A stretch of 64,000 bases of DNA from Rebecca billardiae RCC1528 (lineage: Eukaryota > Protista > Haptophyta). Positions 40,701 through 52,700 of this stretch are shown piece by piece (position 1 is the first letter of the stretch; each line of letters opens with the position of its first letter). The stretch is from positions 372,001 through 436,000 of the forward strand of contig OZ251234.1 in assembly GCA_965240325.2 (NCBI GenBank), in the 5' to 3' direction. The notes below the pieces were generated by a model, which ran no database searches, was not told where the DNA came from, and worked only from the letters and a program-made list of their open reading frames with translations. Made by a program: the position numbers and the translations under genes.

Positions 40701-43700
40701 ATGATCAACGCGGGGACGGTCGAGTACCTGGCTGACACTGCGGGCTTCGTGGCCGACGACCGCGACGGCCTGCAGTCGTCGGGCCGTCTCGCCGTCGAGG
40801 CGGTCCTCGCGGTGGGTGCGCACGCGTACACGGACATCGTCGAGGTGGTGAACACCGCACCGCTCACGGGCGATGCGATCAGCGCGCAGGTGAGCGTGCT
40901 CGAGCACTACAACCGCGCGTCCACGTCGTCGAGCGAGGAGACGTCGTCGTACGCGTGCAGCACGACCTCGGCGACGGTGCTCTCAGTGGACGGCTCGACG
41001 TGCGCCGTGACGCTCTCGGGCGCGCACAGCGCGGGCGCGGCGTCGGCCGTGATCGACGTGGTCTCGGGCTCGCTGAGCGCGCAGACGCCGATGCGCGTGT
41101 GGTACCCGCTGAGCGCGACGATGAGCGTGTCGGACGCCGCTCTCGAGCGCGTCGAGCTGCTGCAGAGCGCGGCGTCATGCGGCTCGCCCGGCTACCAGAG
41201 CGCCGAGGTGAGCGTCGTCGCCGACTTTGGCGGCGCGTCGCTCACGACGGTGAGCAACGTCGACGTGAGCGCGCTGGTGACGCTCGTCTCGGGCGACAGC
41301 GGCGTGGCGACCGTCGACGGCTCGATGGTGACGGGCGTGGGCGCCGGCTCGACGAGCGTGTCGCTCGGCGGTGGCGCGGCATCGCCAGCGAGCGTTGGCG
41401 TGAGCGTGAGTGACGTGGTGGTGACGGCCAACCTGACGGCGGTCGCCATCTCGCAGTTCTCGTGGACGTCCGCGCCGCCGTCGAGCGTGCCGGCCACGCC
41501 TGCCACGTACTCGTTCACCACGGGCGCACAGGTGGCGCAGGAGCTCGCGCTGGAGGGCGACGAGGCGGGCGTGTACGGCTGGGCAACGTTCTCGGACGGC
41601 ACGCGGGCGAAGGTGTCCCCGGCGCAGCTGCAGCTCACGTCGCTCACGTCCAGCATCGAGCTGACGTCGGGCAGCTCATCGACGCCGTGGAAGCTCGAGG
41701 TGGCGACGGGCGCGGTGTACGGCTGCGGCAAGCTGCTGTATGCGGAGTGGAGCGTGTGCGGCACCGTGGTCGCCGACACGCACGCGCTGGTCTTCCTCGA
41801 TATGCCGCAGCCTGCCAACGTGCGCGCGACCTCGTCAGAGGACTGGCTGACCTCGCCGGACGATCCGGTGGCCTCGCCGCCCGTGTCGATCGCGTCGTCT
41901 GCCAGCCTCACTGTGATCGTCGACTACGAGACGGGCACATCTGCGGACTTCACGGGCGATGAGCGCGTGTCGGTGACGGTGGACGCCGGCTCGGCGAGCT
42001 GCGCGCAGATGTCGGCGTCGAGCACGGTGTCCATCGTGAGCGGCGCGACGTGCTCGTCGATTACCCTCTCGGTGAGCGCGTTTGGGCTGTCGACGACACT
42101 GGAGATCCCGGTGGTGTACCTCGACTACATGTACGTGTTCGCGTCGCCGTACCCGTCGTTCAGCGGCTCGACGAGCATGGAGAAGACGACGCTGCGCCGC
42201 ATCGACTGCACGGACGCGTACCAGCACGCGAGCACCGTGGCGATCGCGGTGATCACCGGCGGGTACCCCGACCAGGCGGTGACGTCGCACGCGCTGTTCA
42301 CCTCGTCAAACAGCTCGGTGATCGAGATCGACGCCAACCTGTACACGCGGCTGCGCGGCACGAACGCGGGCGCGACGAACGTGACGGCCGCGTGGGCGGG
42401 CGCGACGAGCCTGGCGTACCCGATGGTCGTGTCGAACGAGCCGGTCCTGGTAACCCAGCTCACGCTGACGTTCCGCGGCCTGACGAGCAACACGCTGTAC
42501 GGGTCTGTGGGCACTCGGCGCGAGGTGAAGGTGCGCGTCGAGTTTGACGACGGCACCGAGTTCCCCAACTTCATCACGCAGGTGGAGTCGGACTGGATCC
42601 CGACGTCGGACCTGCTGCTCTTCTCGAGCGACGCGACGAGTGCAGTCACCGTCGACACCGAGGGCGAGATGACGCTCCGGGGCAACCACTACGCGCTCGT
42701 GACGATGACGGTCACGTCGGCGTGCAACGCTGCGATGCTGGACACGAGCCAGCTCGCCGCCAACCTCGCGGCGGAGGATGGCGACGTTGACCTGGGCAAC
42801 ATCTACGGCGTGCAGTTCGACCAGTTTGGCGACACGGTCGAGATCCTGGTGCGCATCCACTCGGGCGGCGACCTGAAGAACTTCCAGATCGACATCAAGT
42901 TCGACCCGTCGGTGTTTGCCGCGAGCGCGTGCGACCAGGGCGCCGACTGGGGCGGCCTGTGGTCGTGCACGCGCAACGACCCGGTCGACGTGGTGACGGT
43001 GGTGGGCAACGACGCGGAGTCGACGGCTTCGGGCACGGACGTGGAGGTTGCCGTGGTGTTCCTCACGGTGCAGGGCTCGACGCTGTCCGAGATCAGCGGC
43101 GAGGTCGTCGAGCTGATCCAGTACGTGGACGGCGTCGAGGTGCGCACCGGTCCAGAGGCCCTGTTCGCGGGCAACGGCTTTGTGTCGACGAGCGCGGGCG
43201 GCACGCGCCGGCTCGCCGAGGTGCAGCAGCGCTCGCAGCGTCGGCAGCAGGCGCGCCTGGCGGCGATGCCGCCGCGCCGGCGTCTGCAGTCGTCCTTCTC
43301 CGAGTCGGACATCATCGACCTGGTGTACGAGGAGTGGAACATGGACGGCGACTGCGCGTCCAAGTGCGCCGTGCTGGGCGACCTGGACGGCGACTGCGTC
43401 TTCTCGTCGTACGACGTGTTCGCGGGCTCGATCGTGCTGAGCGGCATCTCGCTCGGCGCGGTGACGTTCGGCGACCTGTGCCCGACGATCCAGAGCCGGC
43501 TCAACCCGAACCTGGACAGCGACTTTGGGCTGACCGACATCCGGTACCTGCTGCTCACGGTCGGGCGCAAGCTGCACTTTGTGACGGACGTGTCATTCGA
43601 CGCGAGCCGGATGTTCGCGGGGACGCAGAACGACCTTGCGGTTGCCGTGACGCTGCGCAACTACGCGGGCGACGCCGTCTCGACGCAGACGGGCATGCGC

Positions 43701-46700
43701 GCGGAGATCGCGTACCTGGCGTCTGAGGGCACGCCCGAGTACGCCACCGGCTCGTCGGACGGCACGTCGCCGGCTGGGTACTGGCTGTCCAACCTGGCGC
43801 TGACGGACGCGTCTGAGGGCGTGTACTCGGTGCACGTGCACCCGACGACGTTCTGGCTGCCGTCGCGCACGTTCGGCATCGCCTTCATGCTCGAGACGGT
43901 CGACGCGTCGGGCGGCTCTGAGAGCGAGCGCAACTTCGCCTTCTTCGGCAGCAGCGCGTCGCCGTACTCGGAGCAGGGCTCGTCGTTCTCGCCGTACGGC
44001 AGCGTCAGCGTTGGTGGTGCACTGCCGCCGTCGCCGCCCCCTTCGTCGCCGCCGCCGTTCACGCCACCGCCGCTTCCTCCGTCGCCGACCCCGCCGAGCC
44101 CGCCGAGTCCGCCTCCGCAGCTCCCTCCATCGTCGCCGCCACTCCCGCCGAGTGTGCCGCCGCCATCGCCGGGCTCGCCCCCGCCAGCCCCACCAACCCC
44201 GCCAAGCTCCCCGACGCCGCCGCCTCCTTCGCCGCCGCCGCCGTCTCCGCCTCCTGTGACAATCCCGGCGCCGCCGCCGCCGCCGCCGAAGCCTCCTTCA
44301 GCGTGCTCGATCAGCGCAGAGGAGCTCGTGGCGGGCGCCTCCGCCGTGTTCGAGGCGAGCGCGTCGGGCCCGGGCTTCCCGCTCGACGGCACTTTCAGAT
44401 CGACCAACCCGACCTTCTCGGAGGACTTTGGCTTCTTCTACGCGTACCCGCCGCAGACGAACGGTCGCGTGACCGCGTCGATCCAGGGCTTCTCGTACCT
44501 CGAGCGCTCGCGCTCGTTCAAGATGAGCCGCAGCCAGGTGGCCAGCTTGACTGCCATCGTGCGCACGGCGACCCTGTACGCAGACCGCAACGCCGTGCGC
44601 GTCGCGTACCAGGTGCGCGACGACGCGGGCCGCACGGACGTGGACACGAGCGGGCTGACGGTGCAGCTCGCGCTCGCGCACTCGAGTGGCTCGCCGACGA
44701 GCTTGAGGACATGCTCGTCGCCCTCTGACGGCGGCATCGGCACGTGCTCGGTGTCGCTGGGCAGCGAGTGGTTCTCGACGAGCGCGGGCTCGGCCACGGT
44801 GACCGTCACTGCCAAGTACGGCAGCACGGTCGTCGGTACGGCCTCGGACGCACTCACGCTCGCGAGCACACCCAGCTACGGCCCGCTACCCGGCGACGCG
44901 GGCATGTTCGCCGAGATGAGCGCCTCACCGAGGTACCGCTTCGACACGTTCGACGTCGAGGTGTACGCGTACACGTCCATCTTTGCGCTCAAGTCGTGGT
45001 CGGTGATGCTGCAGTACGACACGGCGGTGCTCGAGTTCCGCTCCGCGAGCGGCAGCGACCTGTACGCGTCGCCCACTGTCAGCCACGATGAGCCGACGGG
45101 CGTGCTCGTCATCTCCGCCCTCGACGTCGCGGGAGACACGACGGACACCGACGTGGCTGGTGGCCGCGTGCACGTGCTCAGCCTCACGATGCGCGTGCTC
45201 ACGTCCGCGACGACGTCGGTGATGCACAACGACGTGATCGCCTTCACCGTGGAGTCGATGATCAACTCCGGCAACGTCGAGTTCGTCGCAGAGGCGGTGG
45301 GCAGCGTGTACGATGATCGTGACGACGCGCAGACGTCGGGCCGACTGTTCGTCGAGGCGGTCGCCGCGGTGGGCGCGCACGCGTACACGGACATCGCCGA
45401 GGTGGTGAACACCGCGCCGCTCACGGGCGATGCGATCAGCGCGCAGGTGAGCGTGCTCGAGCACTACAACCGCGCGGCCACCTCATCTAGCGACGAAACG
45501 TCGTCGTACACGTGCAGTGCCAACGCCACGTCGGTGCTCTCAGTGGACGGCTCGACGTGCGCCGTGACGCTCTCGGGCGCGCACAGCGCGGGCGCGGCGT
45601 CGGCCGTGATCGACGTGGTCTCGGGCTCGCTGAGCGCGCAGACGCCGATGCGCGTGTGGTACCCGCTGAGCGCGACGATGAGCGTGTCGGACGCCGAGCT
45701 GCAGCGCGTCGACCTGCTGCAGAACGCAGCCTCGTGCGGCTCGCCGGGCTACCAGAGCGCCGAGGTGAGCGTCGTCGCCGACTTTGGCGGCGCGTCGCTG
45801 GCGACGGTGAGCGGCGTCGACGTGAGCGCGCTGGCGACGCTCGTCTCGGGCGACAGCGGCGTGGCGACCGTCGACGGCTCGATGGTGACGGGCGTGGGCG
45901 CCGGCTCGACGAGCGTGACGCTCGGTGGTGGCGCGACGTTGCCGGCGAGCGCGAGCGTGAGCGTGAGCGACGTGGTGGTGACGGCCAACCTGACGGCGGT
46001 CGCCATCTCGCAGTTCTCGTGGACGTCCGCGCCGCCGTCGAGCGTGCCGGCCACGCCTGCCACGTACTCGTTCACCACGGGCGCACAGGTGGCGCAGGTG
46101 CTCGAGCTGGAGGGCGACGAGGCGGGCGTGTACGGCTGGGCGAGCTTCTCGGACGGCACGCGGGCGAAGGTGTCTCCGGCGCAGCTGCAGCTGACGTCGC
46201 TCACCTCCAGCATCGACCTGACGTCGGGCGATGCTTCCACGCCGTGGAAGCTCGAGGTGGCGACAGGCGCCATCTTTGGCTGCGGCAACCTGGTGCACGC
46301 GGAGTGGAGCGTGTGCGGCACCGTGGTGGCGGACACGCACGCCCCGATCTTCCTCGACATGCCGCAGGCGTCTGGCGTGCGCGCGACCTCGTCGGAGGAC
46401 TGGCTGACCTCGCCGGACGACCCGGTGGCCTCGGCGCCGGTCTCGATTGCCACATCGGCCAGCATCACCGTCACGGTCGACTACGAGACGGGCACGTCAG
46501 CGGACTTCACGGGCGACGAGCGCGTGTCGGTGACGGTGGACGCCGGCTCGGCGAGCTGCGCGCAGATGACGGCATCGAACACCGTGTCCATCCTGAGCGG
46601 CGCGACGTGCTCGTCGATCGTCGTGTCGGTGACCGTCGACCTATTTGGGCTGTCGACGACGCTGGAGATCCCGGTGGTGTACCTCGACTACATGTACGTG

Positions 46701-49700
46701 TTCGCGTCGCCGTACCCGTCGTTCAGCGGCTCGACGAGCATGGAGAAGACGACGCTGCGCCGCATCGACTGCACGGAGTACTACCAGCACGCGAGCGCCG
46801 TGTCGATCGCCGTGCTCACCGGCGAGTACGGCGAGGAGGCCGTGACGTCTGCCGCCGCGTTCCAATCGTCGAACAGCTCGGTGGTCGAGGTTGACGCGCA
46901 GGATGACACGCGCCTCCGCGGCACCAACGCGGGCGTGACGAACGTCACCGCGACGTGGGCGGGCGCGGAGAGCCGCGTGTACCCGATGCGCGTGTCCAAC
47001 GAGCCGGTGCTCGTCACCAGCCTGCGGCTCACCTTCACCTCGCTCGTGAGCAACACGCTGTACGGCGTGCGCGGCACGACGCGCGACGTGAAGGTGCGCG
47101 TCGAGTTCGACGACGGCACCGAGTTCACCAACTTCCTCACGCGCGTGGACTGGATCCCGACGTCCGACCTGCTGCTCTTCTCGAGCGAGGTGTCGAGCGC
47201 CGTCGCCGTCTCGTCCGAGGGCGTGATGACGCTGCGCGACAACCACCACGCGTTTGTGACGCTCCAGGTCACGTCGGCGTGCAACGCTGCGATGTTGGAC
47301 ACCAACTCGCTCGCGGCCAACCTCGCCGCGGCGGACGGCGACATCGACCTGGGCAACATCTACGGCGTGCAGTTCGACCAGTTCGGCGACACGGTGGAGG
47401 TGCCGGTGCGCATCCACTCGGGCGGCGACCTGAAGAACTTCCAGATCGACATCAAGTTCGACCCCTCGGTGTTTGTCGCGAGCGCGTGCGACCAGGGCGC
47501 CGACTGGGGCGGCCTCTGGTCGTGCACGCGCAACGACCCGGTCGACGTGGTGACGGTGGTCGGCAACGACGCGGACTCGACCGTCTCCGGCACGGACGTG
47601 GAGGTGGCCGTGATCTACCTCAGCGTGCAGTCGAGCGCGCTCGCCGAGCTGAACGCCACCGTCGTCGAGCTGATCCAGTACGTGAGCGGCGCGGAGGTGC
47701 GCACCGGCCCGCTGCAGGCGGAGGCTGGACACGGCTTCGTCTCCGTCACCGAAGGCGGCGCCCGTCGGCTCGCGGAGGTCCAGCGGCGCACGCAACGGCG
47801 GCAGGTGGCGCGCCGCGCCGCGCAGCCCCCCGCTCGGCGCCGTCTGCAGTCCTCCTTCTCGTCGTCCGACATCCAGCAGCTCGTGTACGAGGAGTGGAGC
47901 CTCGACAGCGGCTGCGACGCCAAGTGCGACGTGCTCGGCGACCTGGACGGCGACTGCGTCTTCTCGTCGTACGACGTGTTCGCCGGCTCGATCGTGCTGA
48001 GCGGCATCGGGCTCGGCGCGGTGACGTTCGACGGCCTGTGCCCCAACATCCAGAGCCGGCTCAACCCGAACCTGGACAGCGACTTTGGGCTGACCGACAT
48101 CCGGTACCTGCTGCTCACGGTCGGGCGCAAGCTGCACTTTGTGACGGACGTCACCATCGACGCTGGCACGGTCATCGCCGGTCAGACGGACCCGCTCGCG
48201 ATCTCGATCACCGTGCAGAACTACGCGGGCGAGGCCGTCACGTCGCAGCTGGGCATGCGCGCGGAGATCGCGTATCTCGCCTCCGAGGGCACGCCCGTGT
48301 ACGACCTCGGCTCGTCGGACGGCACGTCGCAGGACGGGCACTGGCTCGCCAACCTCGCGCACATCGGTGCGGGCGTGTACTCGGTCGAGGTGCACGCGGA
48401 TCCGTACTGGCTGTCCGGGCGGGTCTTCGGCTTCGCGTTCATGCTCGAGACGCTCGACAGCTCGGGCGCGTCCGAGTCGGACCGCAACATCGCCTTCTTC
48501 GGCAGCAGCGCGTCGCCGTACGCGGAGCAGGGCTCGTCGTACGCCGAGTACGCGTCCATCACCGTGCAGGGGCCGACCGGCGTCGAGCTGCCGCCAAGCC
48601 CGCCGCCGCCGTCGCCGCCAGTGCCGCCGGCGCCGCCACCGGCGCCGCGCCAGCCGCCGCCGCCGGTGCCACCGGCGCCGCCGAGCTCGCCGCCGGCGCC
48701 ACCCTCGGAGCCGCCGCCGTCGCCTGCGCCGCCGCCGCCGGAGCCGCCTGCGCCGCCGTCGCCGCCGTCGCCGCCACCTGCAAACCCATCGCCGCCGCCG
48801 TCGCCGCCGTTGCCGCCCTTCAACTGCCTCCCCGCGTCGGAGCTGGTGCAGGGTGCCTCGGCGCTCTTCGAGACGAGCGCGTCGGGCCCGGGCTTTGCGC
48901 TCGACGGCACGTACTCGTCGACCAACCCGACCTCCTCGGAGGACTTTGGCTTCTTCTACGCGTACCCGCCGCAGACGAGCGGCCGCGTGACCGCGTCGAT
49001 CCAGGGCTACTCGTACCTCGAGCGCTCGCGCACGTTCAAGATGAGCCGCAGCGAGGTGGCGAGCGTGAGCGTCGTCGTGCGCACGGGCACGGTGTACGAG
49101 GACCGCAACGCGGTGCGCGTCGCGTACCAGGTGCGCGACGACGCGGGCCGCACGGACGTGGACACGAGCGGGCTGACGGTGCAGCTCGAGCTCGCGCACA
49201 CCACGCGCGGGCAGACGGACACGGCGACGTGCTCGTCGCCGTCGACGGGCGGCATCGGCCTGTGCACGATGACGCTGGGCAGCGAGTGGTTCTCGACGAC
49301 GGAGCTCGCGACCGCGGTCACGGTGACGGCCAAGTACGGCAGCACCGTCGCCGCGACCGCGGCGGGGAGCGAGATCACCCTCGCGCGCATCCCGCTGCAC
49401 GGCACGCTGAGCTCGGAGGGCATGCGGCTCGCCATGGTCGAGTCCCCGCGCTTCCGCGGCGACTCGATCACCGTGCCGATCACCGCGCACACGGGCGGCT
49501 TCGCGCTCAAGTCGTGGTCGGTGATCGTGCAGTACGACCCGGCCGTGCTCAGCTACTCGAGCGCGAGCGCGAGCAGCCTCTACTCGTCGCCCACGATCAC
49601 GCACAGCGCGTCGGACGGCCGGCTGGTCGTGACGGCGCTCGACGTCTCGGGCAGCACGGAGGATGCGGACGTGACCTCGACGGAGGGCGCGCTCGTCGAC

Positions 49701-52700
49701 GTGCTGAGCGTCACCTTCAGCGTGCTCAACGCGGTGGCGACCGACGAGCTGTACAACGACGTCATCTCGCTCTTCGTCACGTCCATGGTGAACCAGGGCA
49801 CGACCGAGTTCGTGTCCGAGACCGCCGGCTCCGTGACGGATCTGCGCGACGGCGTGCAGACGGCGGGCCGGCTCGAGATCGAGGCGGTCGCGGCGGTGGG
49901 CGCGCACGCGTACACGGACGTGGCCGAGGTGGTGAACACCGCGCCGCTCACAGGCGACGCGCTTAGCGCGCAGGTCACCGTCGTCGAGCACTACAACCGC
50001 GCGGCCACCTCGTCGAGCGTCGAGACCTCTTCGTACGCGTGCAGCTCGACCGCCGCGACGGTGCTCTCGGTGGACGGCCCGAGCTGCGCGGTGACGATCT
50101 CGGCCGCGCACAGCGCGGGCGCGGCGTCGGCCGTGATCGACGTGGTCTCCGGCTCGCTGAGCGCGCAGACGCCGATGCGCGTGTGGTACCCGCTGAGCGC
50201 GACGATGAGCGTGTCGGACGCCGCTCTGGAGCGCGTCGAGCTGCTGCAGAGCGCGTCGTCGTGCGGCTCGCCCGGCTACCAGAGCGCCGAGGTGAGCGTC
50301 GTCGCCGACTTTGGCGGCGCGTCGCTCACGACGGTGAGCAACGTCGACGTGAGTTCGCTGGTGACGCTCGTCTCGGGCGACAGCGGCGTGGCGACCGTCG
50401 GCGGCTCGATGGTGACGGGCGTGGGTGCCGGCTCGACGAGCGTGACGCTCGGCGGCGGCGCGACGTCGCCGGCGAGCGCGAGCGTGAGCGTGAGCGACGT
50501 GGTACTGACGGCCAACCTGACGGCGGTCGCCATCTCGACGCTCTCGTGGTCGACGACGCCGCCGTCCACAATCTCGGCCGCGCACGGCACCACGTTCACC
50601 GCGGGCGCGGAGCTGGCGCAGTCGCTGACGCAGGAGGGCGACGAGGCGGGCGTGTACGCGTGGGCGAGCTTCTCGGACGGCACGACCGCGCGGGTGCCCG
50701 CGACGCAGCTGCAGGTGTCCACGACCTCGACCGGCATCGAGCTCACGTCGGGCGACTCGTCCACGCCGTGGACGATGGCGGTCGCCACCGGCGCCATCGT
50801 CGAGTGCGGCGAGCTGCTGGCCGTCGAGTGGACGGTGTGCTCGACGACCGTGGCGAGCGACACGGCGTACGTGCACCTCGACATGCCCGCGCCAGAGTCG
50901 GTGACGGCCACATCGGCGCGGTCACGGCTGACGACGCCGGACGACCCCGCCGCCGTGTCGCCCGTCTCCGTGAAGACGAGCTCGCAGATCGCGGTGAGCG
51001 TCCGCTTCGAGAACGGCGTCGACGTCTCCTTCTCGAGCGACAGCCGCGTGCGCATCACCGTGGACAGCGCGTCGGAGTCGTGCGCGTGGATCCGCAGCCA
51101 GTTCACGGTCGTCATGTACGAGGGCTCGGCGTGCACGCAGGTCGACCTGACGGTCAGCGTGCTCGGCGTGAGCACGAGCCTGAGCATCCCGGTCGTCTAC
51201 CTCGACCGCTTCTTCGTCTTCGCGTCGCCCTACCCGTCGTTCAGCGGCTCGACCGAGGTGGAGAAGTCGACGCTGCGCAAGATCGACTGCACGGACGCGT
51301 ACCAGCACGCGAGCGCCGTCGCGATCGCGCGCCTCACCGACGCGACGGAGACGTTTGTCACGTCTGCGGCCTCGTTCTCGTCGAGCAACAGCTCGGTGGT
51401 TCGCGTGGACGGCACGCGGCTGATGGGCGAGAACGTTGGCGCGACCGACGTGACGGCCAGCTGGGCGAGCATCGTGAGCGACGTGTACGCGATGGCCGTG
51501 TCGAACGACCCTGTCGTCATCACCTCGCTCATCCTCAACTTTGCCGGCCTGACGCAGGGCACGCTGATTGGCGCGGCGGGCACGCAGCGCGACATGAAGG
51601 TGCGCGTCATGTTCGACGACGGCACCGAGTTCAGCAACTTCCTCACCAAGGTCGAGTCGTGGTGGATCCCGACGTCCGACCTGCTGCTCTTCTCGAGCGG
51701 CGCGACCTCGGCCATCACCACCTCCGCAGAGGGCGTGATGACGCTGGTCGACAACCACTACGAGGAGGTGACGATGACGGTCACGTCGGCGTGCGCCGCG
51801 GCGATGCTCGACACAAACACGCTCGCCGCCAACCTCGCGCCGGAGGACGGCGACGTCGACCTGGGCAACCAGTACGGCGCGCCGTTCGTGCAGGACGGCG
51901 ACACGGTCGCCGTCGAGGTGCGCGTCCGCGCCGACGGCGAGCTCAAGAACTACCAGGTCGACCTCGAGTTTGACGACTCGGTCCTGCGCGCGAGCGAGTG
52001 CGACCAGGGCGCCGACTGGGGCGGGCTCTTCTCGTGCACGCTCAACGACCCGTCCGACAAGGTCACGGTCGTGGGCAACGACGCCGACTCGACCGCGTCG
52101 GGCTCCGACCTGCACGTCGCGACCGTCTACTTCACGGTGCAGTCGTCCGCGCAGTCCGCCATCTCCGGCACGGTGCTCGAGCTCATCCAGTTTGTGAGCG
52201 GCGCGGAGGTGCGCACGGGGCCGTTCGCGCTCGTCGCCGGCGACGGCCCGATCCTGGTGCAGCAGACGACCCGGCTGCGCCGCCTCAGCGCCGTGCGCGA
52301 GGAGCGCGCGCAGCGCGACGCGGAGCGGCGCGCACTCGCGCCCGCACCCGCCGAGCGCCGCCGCCTCCAGTCCTCGTTCTCCACCGCCGAGATCGAGGAG
52401 CTCGTGTACACGGAGTGGAGCCTCGACAGCGGCTGCGCGTCCAAGTGCGACGTGGAGGGCGACATCGACGGCGACTGCGAGTTCTCGTCGTACGACGTGT
52501 TCGCCGCGTCGATCGTGTTCAGCGGCATCGCGCTCGACGTCGTCGAGTTCGGCGCGCTGTGCTCCAACATCCAGGGCCGCCTCGACGCCAACCTCGACGG
52601 CGAGCTCGGGCTGACCGACCTCAAGTACCTGCTGCTGGTCGTGAGCCGCAAGCTGCACTTCGTGACCGCCGTCACCACCACCTCGAGCAACGTGATCGCC

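Noticed and set aside
30606-44024. R3-R5 as an assembly over-expansion
   Set aside because: Each copy has private substitutions and unique flanking linkers. It is not formally excluded without long reads.
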